From Octopus sinensis (taxonomy: Eukaryota): a stretch of 64,000 nucleotides of DNA. The position numbers were made by a program, and so were the translations under genes. Below, piece after piece: positions 26,480 to 39,820 of the stretch. The notes below the pieces were generated by a model that made no database searches, had not been told where the DNA came from, and worked only from the letters and a program-made list of their open reading frames with translations. The stretch covers positions 10,416,001 through 10,480,000 of the forward strand of contig NC_043015.1 in NCBI RefSeq assembly GCF_006345805.1, in the 5' to 3' direction. Numbering within the stretch: position 1 is the stretch's first letter; every line of letters begins with the position of its first letter.

Positions 26480-29400
26480 AATGGAACTGCTGGCCTGCTA
26501 TATATGTAGTAGAATATTAAATGAGTATTAAATGAATGTTGCAGTACGAAAGAGGAATTTGTTGAATGGACTGATTGCAGGAAGGCTTACGACAAGGCTC
26601 TTGGAGCGCCTGAGGACAATCAGAGTCAATGAAGTGACAGACAACTTTCTCGAGAAACCGAACAGTGCAAGAAATAGAACTCAGATGGATAGATGTCAGA
26701 CAAAGAATAGTCCACTGGTTCTCAAGATCGTTGGGGAGTGAATAACCTGGGTCTGAAAATGAGACTTGACAGGTGCCAGATGACGATAACATCAGATTCT
26801 TGGATGAGCACAATTATGTTGTTGGGCGAAAGCCGCAAGGAAACGCAACGTTCGAAAAAGTCACTTGCAAAGTGAAAACAAATTTTCAGTATTGGCAATT
26901 GTATTATCAGAACAAGTAATGTGATCAGGAAAACTGCTCAACTTGCCAAAGTCATGAAGACATACAACATCGATGTTCTAGGAATTAGTGGGTGTAAATG
27001 AACTGGGTTTGTTAAAATAAAGCTTAGCACAGGTGAAACTATTATCTATTTTTTTCAGGGAAGACGAGATGCACCGCGGTGGAGTAGCACTCATAGAATG
27101 GATACCGGTGAATGTGAGAATCATCACAGCTATATTTTAATCTAAATTCATTAGACTAACAGTCAACCACATGTATGAACCTACAACGGATGCAGAGAAG
27201 GAAGGGCAAAATACCTTCTATGAACAGCGGCAACTGTAGTCGAGAATATGCACAAACATGATATGGTTATAGTAACAGGAGATATGAATGCCAAGGTTGG
27301 AGTAAATAATTAAAAGAATGAGAGAATAAAGGGTAAAAATGGAACAGGCAACATCAACAGAAATGGCGAAAGACTTGTAGAAAAACTTGCATGATCCCTG
27401 CAAGGATATTCACAAAAACACTCGACCTCTCCAGATAAAAGAACAACAAATCAAATTGATCACACACTCGTCTAATATAAATACCGCTCATCAATAAAAG
27501 ACACTAGGGTCATAAGAGGCGCTGATTTTGCAAGTGATTATCAGCTAGAGAGTGCACAAGCGTGTTTGAAACTTCGAAAAGACCTGTACAAGACAGAGTC
27601 AAACCCATAAACAAAATATGACACTTGGAAAATACAAACTCAAACAATCGAAAGCAAGTTCATTATGGAACTGAAGAATAAATTTGCTTTGCTTGAAGTG
27701 ATTCCAGAAGATGTTGACATAGAAGGGAAATGAAAAATATTCGATAAAGCATTCAACCAGTCAGCCAAAGAAGAACTTGTAGTAAAGAAAAGGAATAAAA
27801 AATAACGTATATAAGACCTGAATCTTGGAAAAGGTTTGAAGTGAGAAAACACCTCAAAATTGAAAATGCCAAATCCATCAGAATTAAACGACATATGCAA
27901 ATTCAATACAAAGCCAAGGACAGAGATCTCAAATATATAAGATTGGGAAGCGAACCTGGCAAACTATGCTGAAAAAGCATCTAAGAATGGTCAAATGAAA
28001 GCACTATATGAAATAACCAGGACAATATGTAATGAAAAACCACGTCAAGCATCAGGTAGTATGAAGAATAAACGGATTACAAGGAAGGAAAGAGAAGATG
28101 GAAATAAAATTTTGAAGAATTATTAAATAGAAACAGGTCACCCAATCCAGTGGAAATTGAAAATATTGTAAGTCCAGAGCTGGAGACCATTGACACTAGT
28201 CCCGAAAACAAAACGGAAACCAAGAGAGTAATCAGAAAATTAATAAATGGAAAGGCTGGAGGAGTTGACATGATAAAAACGGAGTTATTGAAGGCAGACG
28301 TTGAAACATCGACAGACAAACTACACAGTATCATAAATGATATTTGGGATCAAGAGAAAATACCTCGTAAGTGGAAGAAAGGACTGATTGTCAAGTTACC
28401 GAAGAAAGGAGATCTTTCTGAATGTGAAGACTGGAAGCGAATAACATTTCTACCTATAGCAAGTAAAGTACTAGGAAAAGTCATAATTAATAGGATCCGA
28501 AAAGGTATTGATAAGAATCTCAAACCTGAATAAGCAGGCTTCCGCAATGGTAAAAAAATACTACGGAACAAATATTCATTTTGAGAAACATTATTGGGCA
28601 GTGCTTAGAATGGCAATCTTCATTATATATAATTTTCATCGATTTCCGAAAAGCTTTCGATTAAGTTCATAGGGACAGTTTTGGGGAGATCATGAGGCAG
28701 TATGGCATACCAAGCAAAATTATCAACATATCTAAATTAATGTACAAAGCTGCTGAATGTGCAGTACTGGGCGATGGTGAAATGACAGAATGGTTCCAAG
28801 TAAAGACAGGCGTAAAACAAGGCTGCGTTGTGTCAGTATTCTTGGCTTTACTCGTCATAGACTGGGTGATGAGGAATACCACCATGAATTACAACACTGG
28901 GATAAGATGGCAAATGACGCCAAACCTTTAGGACTTGGACTATACTGTATCCCAGCCAATCACAAATGCAACGGAAAGCCAACAAAATACCAAATCTTGC
29001 AAAGAGAGTGGGATTGAAGATTAATGAGACCTGTGATTGAACAACAAAACGACTGACCCTATTCAAATAGATGAAAAGGACATTGAAAATATGGATGAGT
29101 TCACCTATCTAGTTGCAATTGTCAATAAAGAAGGTGGTGTAGGGGAAAATAGGGGATAAGCAGGTGGTGTAGGGGATATGTAGGGGATAAGCAGACTCAA
29201 CAGAGCTAGAAGTGCTTTTATCAAATTGGACAGGGTGTGGCGATCAAAACAGTTTGTAAGGGATATAAAAATCAAACCTTAGAAAACGGTGGTAAGACCT
29301 GACTGTGAAACTTGGAAAATGTACAATAGTGACAAGAGGAAACTGGATTCCTTTAAGTACAAAGACCAGGAGAAAATAATGTAGATAGGGTGGCCTAACA

Positions 29401-29715
29401 TCATATCAATAGATGAACACAACAAAATAAGTTCCCAGGATAAGCTAAGAAGTAAAAATGAAAAGATGGAATTGTATTGGATATATACTCAGAAAAGAAC
29501 CGAATTATCATAGCATGATTGCCTTGACTTGGTGACCTGAGGGAAAGAGAAAAGCTAGTAGAACAAAAACCACGTGGAGAATGACAGCGGAAAAGGAAAG
29601 GAATCCAGCTGGATGGTCATCAAGGAATGCGGCAATAGAACGTACAAAACAGAAGGATAATTGGGAAATTAGCCTGGAGGCTTTATATGCCACATTGTAC
29701 GAAGAGGTTAGATTG
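26480..29715 (+). mobile_element. Near full-length but degraded RTE-type LINE (EN + RT), ending in a (GATT/GATA)n tail
   Basis: 'KTAQLAKVMKTYNIDVLGIS', 'GKAGGVDMIKTELLK...WKKGLIVKLPKKGDLSEC', 'FIDFRKAFD', 'GVKQGC', 'CETW'; many stops. The 5' boundary is approximate. Confidence 0.9.
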
Positions 29716-29725
29716 ATTGATAGAC

Positions 29726-29759
<34 letters not shown>

Positions 29760-29776
29760 TAGTAGTAGTTGTTGTA

Positions 29777-29831
<55 letters not shown>

Positions 29832-29837
29832 CAGCAA

Positions 29838-29891
<54 letters not shown>

Positions 29892-29910
29892 CAGCAGCAA
29901 CAGCAGCATT
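29716..29910. repeat. (GATA)n, (GTA)n and (GCA)n microsatellites
   Basis: Directly visible. Confidence 0.95.
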
Positions 29911-30750
29911 GTAACTGACTGTACAGAAGTGGGAAAGGTATGTGTCACTGGATAAATGAACCGTATCTTGATGTAAATAGGATTTATCCGATAAAATTTA
30001 ATACCACCAGTCTAAACCGGTTTTGAAATACCCTTTTCCTCTCATATCTTCCATTATATTTTCTGCTGCGAGATTTTCTCTTCTCGGATTTCATTTATGA
30101 TCGATAGCTTCGTTCACTTCTCTCATAAAAAATTCTTATTTCCCATATGCTCCTTCCAAATATTTCCATTGTTCTTTACTTAATAAATTGTCTATTCATA
30201 TTCCATTGTTATTTTCTTGAAAAATGTGTTATATGCAAGAAATATGCTATTTTGATGGCGTTACCCTGTTCACCTTCCATATTCATTTATTCTCCTCGCG
30301 CTAGCTGCCACCTGCTAGCATTTTATGTGTATGTGCGCATGAAGAAGTTTAGTGTGTACGTGTGGCTAGGAATATGTATGTGTGATGCGAGTTTGTGAAA
30401 CATGTATTTTTAACAACTAGTTTGTCTTGGATTTTCAAATTTTAGTGTAATAACATATGCGCAACGTTTTGTCTATATTTCCACTATTTACAAAATTATA
30501 TCATAAATTCCATGCCTAATATTTTCCCTTCGAAACAAATTCCGTTTTGGGTTTTCTAATTTTCGCTTATATTAAATGTATTCTGTTGTCGGGACCATTA
30601 TTTAATGTCTGACCACATATTTCTTTCATCTTTTCCGCTGTCAGCTCAAAGTATTAATGTTCATTGTTTCTCATTTATAATTATAGTTTATAATGAGCTT
30701 GATTTTAAGCTCTCTCATTTCTTACAAGTGTTATTTTTCAAACTTGCATT

Positions 30751-31960
30751 TATCAGGTCATCCCATAAGTTCTGTCCGATTTTACTCTTTTTATAATTGA
30801 ATGAAATTAAACAGTATTTTCGAATGTCTAATGGAATTTTAAATTATTTTTATGCATTTGTGTACATTTAAAGCAATTAAATATTATTCATAGAATAATA
30901 TAATTAAAATAACTTTGATCAAAACCCTTTCTAACATAGACGTATCCAAAGAGCATTTGAGGCACATAATGCTTTAAAATACAAAAAAGGGAACTCTGTA
31001 GCCGAAGCGACTCGAAACATACACTCAGTTTATGAGAAAGAATGCTTGAATGAAAGAACTTGCAGAAGATGTTTTGCAAAATTCACAAGTGGAGATTTCA
31101 GTCTTGAAGATGAAGATCGAACAGGACGTCCAGTTGAGTTTGATGATAAGATCCTTCAGGCATTACTTGAAGAAAATACTACATTATCAGTTGATGATTG
31201 GCAATAAATCTTAGTTCAAAACATACAATTGTTCATTGTTATCTCGAACAATTCGGAAAGGTTCCTAAACTTAGAAAATGGGAGTCTCATGAATTGTCCG
31301 AAAGCAACCGCAAATCACGAGTTGACAGCTGCTCTTCTCTCCATTCTTGCGAACTCATTCACCCTTTTTGGATAGACTTGTGACAGGTGGCGAGAAATTG
31401 ATCTTCTATCGAAATGTTAAACGTCGTAAACAGTTGCTTGGTAAAAGGGAAAAAGCTCAACCACAACCGAGAAGGGAACATCATGGCGGAAAAGTTTCTT
31501 TTCTCAATCTGGTGGGTTTGCAAAGAAGTAATTCACTTTGGATTGTTACCACCTAATGCAACAGTCAATGCTCAAGCCTGCTGTCAGCAATGAGATCGTT
31601 TGAACCAAGCTTTGAAAAAAAAAGACCTGCTTTAGTGAGTCGAAAAGAAGTGATGTTCGATCAGGACAATGTGTAACTCCCACACAGCAAAGATCACATC
31701 ACAGAAGGTCGAAGAGCTTGGTTGGGAAAAATATTAATCATCCACCTTATTCCCCCGACCTTGCTTCTCCAGACTATCATTTGTTTCGTAGTCTAGAGAA
31801 TCATTTGGGGACGTAACTTTCGCAAGCCAGGAGGAGATTGAAACTGATATTTCAGAGTTCTTCGTTTTGAAAGCAAAAGAGTTTTACGTAGCTGGGATTT
31901 AAAAGCTTTTAAATAAATAGATGGAAGGAAGTCATAGATAATCAGGGAAAGTATATTGTT
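30751..31960 (+). mobile_element. Mariner (DD34D) element: 5' TIR-like end plus full-length but disrupted transposase
   Basis: Starts TA-tcaggtcatcccataagttctgtccg; 'GDFSLEDEDRTGRP', 'DRLVTGGEK', 'HPPYSPDLASPDYHLFRSLENHL'; matching 3' TIR not seen. Confidence 0.9.
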
Positions 31961-32155
31961 GATTAATAACATAAAGAAATCCCTTGTGTAGCGTATGTAA
32001 TTCCTTATGTAGTATACATGCAATGCAATGAAACCCGGAAAATGCGGGAGCATTGTTGATTTGTGGAGTAATTTGGAACTTCGCCAGTTCGTAATGTAGA
32101 TTGGATGGATCTGCGCTACTTTGGCCGAGAAGGATATGTAGTTTTCCTCTGACAG

Positions 32156-32205
32156 GTGGCTATAGTGAAAGATGTTGAGTGGCGGACGCGAATGAATACC
32201 TGGAA
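32156..32205 (+). CDS. Candidate 50-nt internal exon (unidentified)
   Basis: ttttcctctgacag| ... |gtgagc; only one open frame (VAIVKDVEWRTRMNTW); phase-compatible with 35597-35721. The opposite strand also has an open frame with an acceptor. Confidence 0.25.
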
Positions 32206-34963
32206 GTGAGCCAATTTCCTCTGCATCCAAGGTCACATCAACCTTTACAAGTTGTATGTGGGAAAAAGTGAGAAAAATGAGTTGTTTTTCTGTAATCTGT
32301 GCATTTACATACATACATAGATACATAGATACATACATACATACATACATACATATATCCATACATACATACATACATACATACATACATACATACATAC
32401 AAAATACGTTGTTGTTGATGTGGAAACTCCAATGAAGTAACCTTGGAAACCGGTTTTTTCTCTATTGACAAGAAGTCATGAAATAAAAGTGAACAATGAC
32501 GTACATACACACATACATGAGTACATATATACATACACTCGCACATGTATATGTATGCATGTATGTATGCGTGTATACGTATGTGCCTGTGCATGCATGC
32601 ATGAATGTATTCATGTATGCATGTATGTCTGTATATACGATGAACATGTTTCAGTTTCCGTCTGCCAAATCCTCTCCCAAGGCTTTGGCCGGCTTGCATG
32701 TGATTGTAAGCAAACAGCCACGCATTCGCTTATGCTAACTTCGTATTCGTTATATGTTGAAGTGTTTTCGTTCGATTGAATTTACATAAACTCGTATATA
32801 TATAAATTCATTACAGTATCCAAGCTCTCATATAGAAATGCAAGAATCGGCTGTTGCTTTGGTTGTTTCAGAAAATTTTGAGAATAATTCCAGGCCTACT
32901 GATAAACGTCTTGCCAGATTGCTGAGCTTAATGTTTGATTTCATACTTTCTAATTCGGTGATCCTATGGGAAAGAGGGAATACTAGAGTGTTTATATTCT
33001 AGACAAAATTAATGAAATGAAATATTCTGTGCATGATTGGGACAGAGTACACGTAAAATGAGGTATAACGAGTATGTGATAATTACTGGAATAAAAATTT
33101 TGTCCAGTTTAGAGGTAAGTGTGATAGTATAGATAGAGAGAGGTCACAGTTTGGGTCTTGTGTCATATGCAGTTAATATGAATGGAGAAGAAGTTTTTCT
33201 TGGCTACAAAGAGGTATGTTATATATTGGGATTTTGTATTTGCAAAGATATAACAGTGATATCACCATGAAGTATTTTTAAGTAGAGGCACGAAGCACTA
33301 TAATTCTACAAAAGACTGAGGCAATGTTATATTTTATAAATTAATTCTTCAAATTTCAAATAAATTCGCTTCGTTCAAACTTATTTTTAGTTGGGTCGTG
33401 TAAGTTAAACATTCGATTTTAGTTTCAGAATATGAAATCATTGCATCTCACAGGTGTTAACCTTCTCAGCCAATCGTTGACGAGCACTTTAAAACATCAA
33501 ATACAAATATTGTAGATGTAGGTGATATTGAAATAATAAATGACGCACAACACAGCTTTTCTTTTTGTAAATAGATTCGAAGAAATTCGTTTAACTGAAT
33601 AACAAAAATACCAAAGGTTTACCTCAGGAAAAGAAATTCGTAACACAGCTAATATCAAAAACTGTTAAAAAATAAATTTAAAAATCATATCAATTGATTA
33701 AGTTATAAACGATCGACTTTGTTTTATTCTTCAATATTAATTGTGTTGCGAATTTACCTTGATTAATACCTTAGGCTGTGTTTCAAATAATTCAACTAAT
33801 TTCATTGGGTTTATTTAACTATGAAAGAAAGAAAGAAAGAAAACGGAAATATGAATAAAGAAAACAAAACGACAATCAATGACCATTTTTCCACATTGCC
33901 TTCTTCTTCTACCCTCAAACGTGGTTTTATGGAATTCTAAATGAAGAAAAGCAAATTAAAAATTAATCAGCATATTTAATTATCTGAGAATAGAACAACT
34001 AATTCGGTCGATGCTGAAATATTGATGGGAAAAAAAGAAACGGAATACAAAGCAATAAATTGCATTCTATTTGGCTGTGTGAAATTTTGGTTGGGAGATA
34101 GGCGAGAAGTGTTAGGTGCAGATATTGAGAAAATAGAGAGGAAGCGGCTAAAAGCTATTTGAAATTGATAAAATGAAATTTAGTTAAATTTAAAGAAAAA
34201 AACACACAATGCAACGCGTACCTCTTTATCGATTCAACAATGTAGAATCGAATGCAAATCATATTCTTTTTAATAAATATATAACAAACATTGATTAGAG
34301 AATGGCATCAACATCCTACTTCTATAAGCCATAGCCGAAATCATAGTATGGAAGAAATTTTCGTTTGAATTTATATCATATTTTGACTCTAGCTGATATC
34401 AGTAATTCAAGCACGTGCTTTACTTAATATGTTTAAAGCTGTAACCCGTTGGGCAATAAATCTTATTATTAAAGATGTCTTTGTATTAAAGCTAAAGTAG
34501 ATTTAGGGAAGCCTACAACAGGGCACAGTGCATCACCCTTCAGGCTATAGTTACTTGAAAGCTGCAACCTCTCTTCATTTTACTGTACAAAGTATACTTC
34601 TATTATATGAACGCACCAGCAGCTACAGTAACTCTTTCATATATATTACCCAACTTCCATTTCAAGTCATATAAACTACAGGGACGCGACTGAAACATGT
34701 CATTATACATTTCTGCAAATAAGCCCAAAATTTATTTCCAAAATTCGGTTCGTATTTAAGCATTTCTTATGAGTCCTGATGCAACTCAAAAAGAGGAAAG
34801 TAATGTTCAAAATATAAGATCCAATGGCAGCTATTACATCCTTTTGTTCAGAGGCTATGCAATAAAAAATCCACTTTCGAATGAAAAGACTGGAATTCAT
34901 ATGGATAGTAGAGCAAATATCAGAGAAATTTTACATTGATTAAGGGGTGAATGTGGGGAAAAC

Positions 34964-34994
<31 letters not shown>

Positions 34995-34998
34995 CTAA

Positions 34999-35063
<65 letters not shown>

Positions 35064-35069
<6 letters not shown>

Positions 35070-35315
35070 ATATTAATTAGAGACAAAACCACTATTATGC
35101 AAATCAAACAAGAAAGACTTAATCCAATACATTAAAATTTTTATATAAATTAAATAAAATTAAGTTATCCACTACAATTGTTTCTTGTCACTTCTAAGGA
35201 CATTCATCAGGTGGTTTTCAGACCTTCTATTCAATTTTAAATTTATGTATTGGATTAAGTCTTTCTTTGTTTGATTTGCATAATAGTGGTTTTGTCTCTA
35301 ATTAATATTATATAA
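35064..35315. repeat. ~68-bp near-perfect inverted repeat around a ~113-bp loop
   Basis: 35064-35132 vs 35246-35315 (taatattaattagagacaaaaccactattatgcaaatcaaaca.gaaagacttaatccaatacat); one indel in the core. Confidence 0.95.
35169..35214 (-). ncRNA. Minimal type-I hammerhead ribozyme motif (PLE type)
   Basis: CCAC-CUGAUGA-A-UGUC[CUUAGAAGU]GACA-A-GAAA-CAAUUG-UA^GUGG: stem I CCAC/GUGG, palindromic ACAAUUGU stem III, GUA cleavage triplet. Confidence 0.75.
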
Positions 35316-35596
35316 TATTTTACTATAAAATTGGATTCAATCCTAAATCTGATTTTTCCCTGTAAATTTGGATTTATTCCCTAATATTTATTATATATAT
35401 ATATATAAATATGTAAATAAAAATTATTTTACTGAACCCTAATTATATAACGTAATGTTTTAAATATACCGTAAATGGTGTTTTTACATACTCAACACTA
35501 CTTGGTAAAATTAATTAATAATTAATTGATTTTACCCTTTTATTATTGGTGACATTATTCTCTCTCCCTGATATTAAACTACAGTTTTCTCTGTAG

Positions 35597-35721
35597 GAAT
35601 TTGTTGCTCTATAACTCACGTGGGTGGAAGCGGGAGGAATGCAGAGCCTCATTTGTACTTTTTGAATTCGTTGGTACCAGCGGTCGAAGATGGTTTGTCT
35701 GGGATTACTCATATCAAACGG
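35597..35721 (+). CDS. Candidate 125-nt internal exon (unidentified); overlaps an alternative minus-strand candidate at 35620-35772
   Basis: ttttctctgtag| ... |gtatgt, with frame NLLLYNSRGWKREEC...DYSYQT open. Confidence 0.3.
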
Positions 35722-36083
35722 GTATGTTCGATTTTTAGTGCTCTGAAATCCAAATCTAAAGAAATCTTTGAGCTGACGAAGGAAATGTTGATCTTTAAAT
35801 TCAACTAATCCAGAAACGGACGTTCTCAAGTAATCTTATGTACGTGTGATCTTTTGTTATTTTTCCCTCCATACCTGCGTGAATTATTTTTGAATATACA
35901 TTGTCCGAGAGAATTTTTCTTATAGTAGAAGAAATAGCTAAGATATTTTGGCTGCTATTTCTAAAAGTTCGGTGTGAGGTGAAGTAAATTATTTTACTGA
36001 AAACTAATTATATAACGTATATGTAAATATATGTATATATGTATATATATATATGTATGTATGTATATATATATATATACATG

Positions 36084-36156
<73 letters not shown>

Positions 36157-36269
36157 ATATGGAACGATGGGAAAAGTTGTCACAATTTAATACTTTTACT
36201 TTCACGCATGCACATTGTTCCTTTCCTATTTTGTCGACATCACAATATAGTCGGGTCTGTGAGAACCCC

Positions 36270-36935
36270 AGCACAATGACGCATTTCATTCACCCAGAAA
36301 ATTTTCATTCGCGCCGGAATCTCCAGTACGAATATTTCAGAATGTTTAGATCTTAATCTGAGGACAGTGCAATCTAAGGACATGTACCAAGGGTGACAAA
36401 AATGAAGCACGCAGTCAACAGCATTGTTTTTGGAGTGATCACTTGTCATGGAGACGTTATGCCACGATATATCTTCCTACATGACCCCAGACTCAACACA
36501 CAGGCCTACATCAAGTGCCTGTATGAGGTAGCACGGCTCCGGGTCAAGACGGTGGGTTCTGGAAGACACTATATAATAGGGCTCTACATCATACCATACA
36601 AGAAAGGAAACCCGATCACTGCTGTCACTTAATTTCTGCGACCACATCACTACTAGCATCTATCCACCTAACTGACCAAACTGCAACATATTTGATTATG
36701 TGTGGGGTGCAGTTGAGCGAGAACCAACAAAAATCCTTGTCACCCCAAAGATGAACTGAATGTAAGGATTATGGCAGCATTCACCATCTTAAACAAGGAG
36801 AGGCTCCAGAAGAGTTGCAGGAGAATCCGAAGTTGTCTGGTGGCCTTGGTTGAAGCCATTGGCAATTTTATTGAATAAATTTACTCTTTAGTATTTCAAC
36901 ATATTTTTATGTAATTTTGATACAAAAAAATACAC
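36270..36935 (+). mobile_element. Internally deleted Tc1/mariner (DD37D/maT-like) transposase remnant
   Basis: 'KHAVNSIVFGVITCHGDVMP...LNTQAYIKCL'; 'DYVWGAVERE'; homologous to 56400-57472. Confidence 0.8.
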
Positions 36936-37417
36936 CTGTTAATGAGACGTCAGTCTTATTTTTCATTTCACCACACCTGGTTTGTATATATATATATATA
37001 TAATATATATATAAGCGGTTAACAGAGCCCCCACCATTTACTCTCTCACACACACACACACGCACACACACACATACACACACACACACTCACACACACA
37101 CACACACGCACACACACATACACACACACACTCTCACACACACACAAACACACACATACACACACACTCACACGCACACATACACACACACACTCACACG
37201 CACACATATATATATAATTCTTTTCCCCACACTCGCCAACCCTCCTTGCCTACTGAGGAATATGAAAAAAACTTTATTTCAGCTCATCGTTCTTCTATAA
37301 GATACAAAAAATCTCCCAACTTTTCGTATCAATAAGCCACTATTGTTCCTGAAAGTATGTTTTTTTTTTTTTAATTATAATTCAAATATAAGTCAGTTGT
37401 AAACATTTACTACACAA

Positions 37418-37582
37418 AAGCGCAGGATTGGCTATGTGGTACGTAACTTGCTTACCAACCACATGGATTCGCGGGTTCAGTATCACTGCGTGGCACCTTC
37501 GGCAAGTGTCTTCTACTATAGCTTCAGGCCGACCAAAGCATAATGTGTGGATTTGTTAGAGGGAAATGAAAGAAGCCCTTCG

Positions 37583-37652
<70 letters not shown>

Positions 37653-37785
37653 GTGTGTGTGTGTATGTGTGTGTGTCTGTGTCTGTGTATGTGTGTATGT
37701 GTTTGTGCCCTACCAATTTTTGATAAACGCTTTTGGTTTGTTTACTTCGCCGTAACTTAGGTGTTCGGCAAATATGTAAATATGT
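37418..37785 (+). mobile_element. Composite SINE (head + TA/TG repeat + truncated body)
   Basis: 'gcgcaggattggctatgtggt...gcgtggcaccttcggcaagtgtcttctactatagc', then microsatellite, then 'gtttacttcgccgtaacttag..ttcggcaaa'. Confidence 0.85.
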
Positions 37786-38944
37786 ATTTATGTGTGTATG
37801 TATATATTTATATATGTGTGTATTTATATATGTGTGTATTTAATGTATGTAAGGAAGCATATATGTATATTCAGATCTTATTTCTAGCGCTTGCAACATG
37901 TTCAATATATCTCTCGTTCGTTCCCTCTTATCAGATGCGAATCCCTTGTCGGACAATGCTAATTAATATTTGTGTGAACTGAATACAATCCATTCGGATT
38001 CGTTGCAAGAGGTACAGGTGCATTAATTTCATATTGAATTAAATTATTAATAGTCTTATTTGAATGGTGTTATTAAAAGACTTAATAATACTAAATTGAA
38101 TATAGTGATCTTCGTGTACAATACTATCTGTAATTGATAGATCCAACAATATAGAAAAGTATTCATCGTCAATGGTGCTCACTATTTCCAGCATGTCTAT
38201 TCGGTGCTGTTACTAAGCATTCTACTATGAGTATGAATATTGCTTGAATGTTATAATATACCTCTTTCAAGTGAAAACAATTTAAATTTTTGTAACTTTT
38301 TGCCCCGCTCATGCTCATTCATTTCTAACGAAAAGCAGGCACTGAATTATTTAGAACCTAGAGGATCAATGTTTAGACCAGAACCATATAGATATAAGAA
38401 ATTCTGAGTTTAAGCAAGATTGTTCAAAAATTACACCAGATTCTGGTCGGTAAAATATTTAAAATGTCTTCAATGAAAAGCCGAAGTTGATGGTTATGTG
38501 AGACTATATATATGAAATGTGTAGTTTTATTTATCATTTGTTGCGTAAACAATGATAGAAATTATATCATTGTATTACAAAATGTCGCCCAAAATGGCAG
38601 TGTCTCTCATTTCGTCTGGATGTTGCTATAAAACCGATAAATAATACAGTGTCTGTCACAGAATTATTATGACATATGAGGTATTTAGCTCAATGTTATA
38701 TTACGGGTGAAATAAACACTAAAAGTTTAAATTATACTGAACTATACTCTATCTGGTATGACACTTGTACAATATCTCTCTCTCTTTCTTGAATCTCCGT
38801 CAGTCTATCCCTGGCCTTTTTCTATTCATCGCTCGTTAATAAATCCACTCAAACTCTCACACAAATGCTTATGCATATGTATGTGTGAATGTGTGAGTGT
38901 CGCGCGCACACACACACGTATTTCTGCATGTATAAAGAAAATGA

Positions 38945-39480
38945 TATTGAATACTGTCCTGATGTCATATGGGCTGCATATCTTTTGAATGTTTTCGGAG
39001 TGGTTATTTACATACGGTAAACAGAATGTGGACAGTTTATTGGTTTCAACCTCTTTTATTTTTTTCATAACTGGAGTGGATAGCATGTCTTTGAGGAAGA
39101 TGTTGCTTAAATGATTGTTACTGAGGTTGATCATTTGTTCGCGGTGGGTATTACGATCGCTACTGTGATCCTTTGCTCGATGCTTTAGGCACTGAACTAC
39201 CCCTCTTTTTACACTGTATAGATGGTGTGAATTGAAGTTGAGGTATCGTCCAGTAAAAGTCGGCTTGCTGTATACGGATGTCCTGAATCTATACTTGGTA
39301 CGTCCCGGAACGCTAGCCGAGTGTTTTTTCCTTTTGGATAGTGAAATGTTGGGATGGGTTTATTGAGTTCACATGATCTATTGAGTTCACATGATCTAAC
39401 AGCACTTGGACATCTTCTTGCAGGGGCCAGAGTATAAAGGTATCATCAACATATCGCATCCATATATTTGGGGTTGGGTT
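38945..39480 (-). mobile_element. Penelope-like RT fragment (palm/thumb region), 5'-truncated
   Basis: 'NIWMRYVDDTFILW', 'LDHVNSINPS.HFT', 'KPTFTGRYLNFNSH', 'KRGVVQCLKHRAK', 'LPYV'. Confidence 0.9.
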
Positions 39481-39517
39481 CCAGCTAGTGACCTGTATAA
39501 TAATGATGATGATGATG

Positions 39518-39595
<78 letters not shown>

Positions 39596-39607
39596 GTAAT
39601 AATAATA

Positions 39608-39679
<72 letters not shown>

Positions 39680-39820
39680 TCGAAAAATTCCTCAGGAATG
39701 AGAACCCAGGTTCGAACTTCCCCAAGACACCTGATGAAGGGCGGAGGCTATATCAGCCGAAATGTTATTAACAACAAACCATATGAGGACAAACATGAGT
39801 TAAAGGTAAATAATATAATT
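39479..39820 (+). mobile_element. 5'-truncated copy of the tRNA-head/(AAT)n/hammerhead element
   Basis: 'ccagctagtgacctg'+(AAT)n+'aacatcgaaaaattcctcaggaatgagaacccaggttcgaa.ttccccaagacacCTGATGAagg...cagccGAAA' is homologous to 61068-61327; stems II and III are mutated. Confidence 0.88.

Noticed and set aside
33001-33213. Apparent exons with good splice sites (ttctag|...|gtaagt and gcag|...|gtatgt)
   Set aside because: Phases are incompatible, the intron would be ~58 bp, and the read-through frame resembles a decayed LINE RT ('GEEV...CY.LG')
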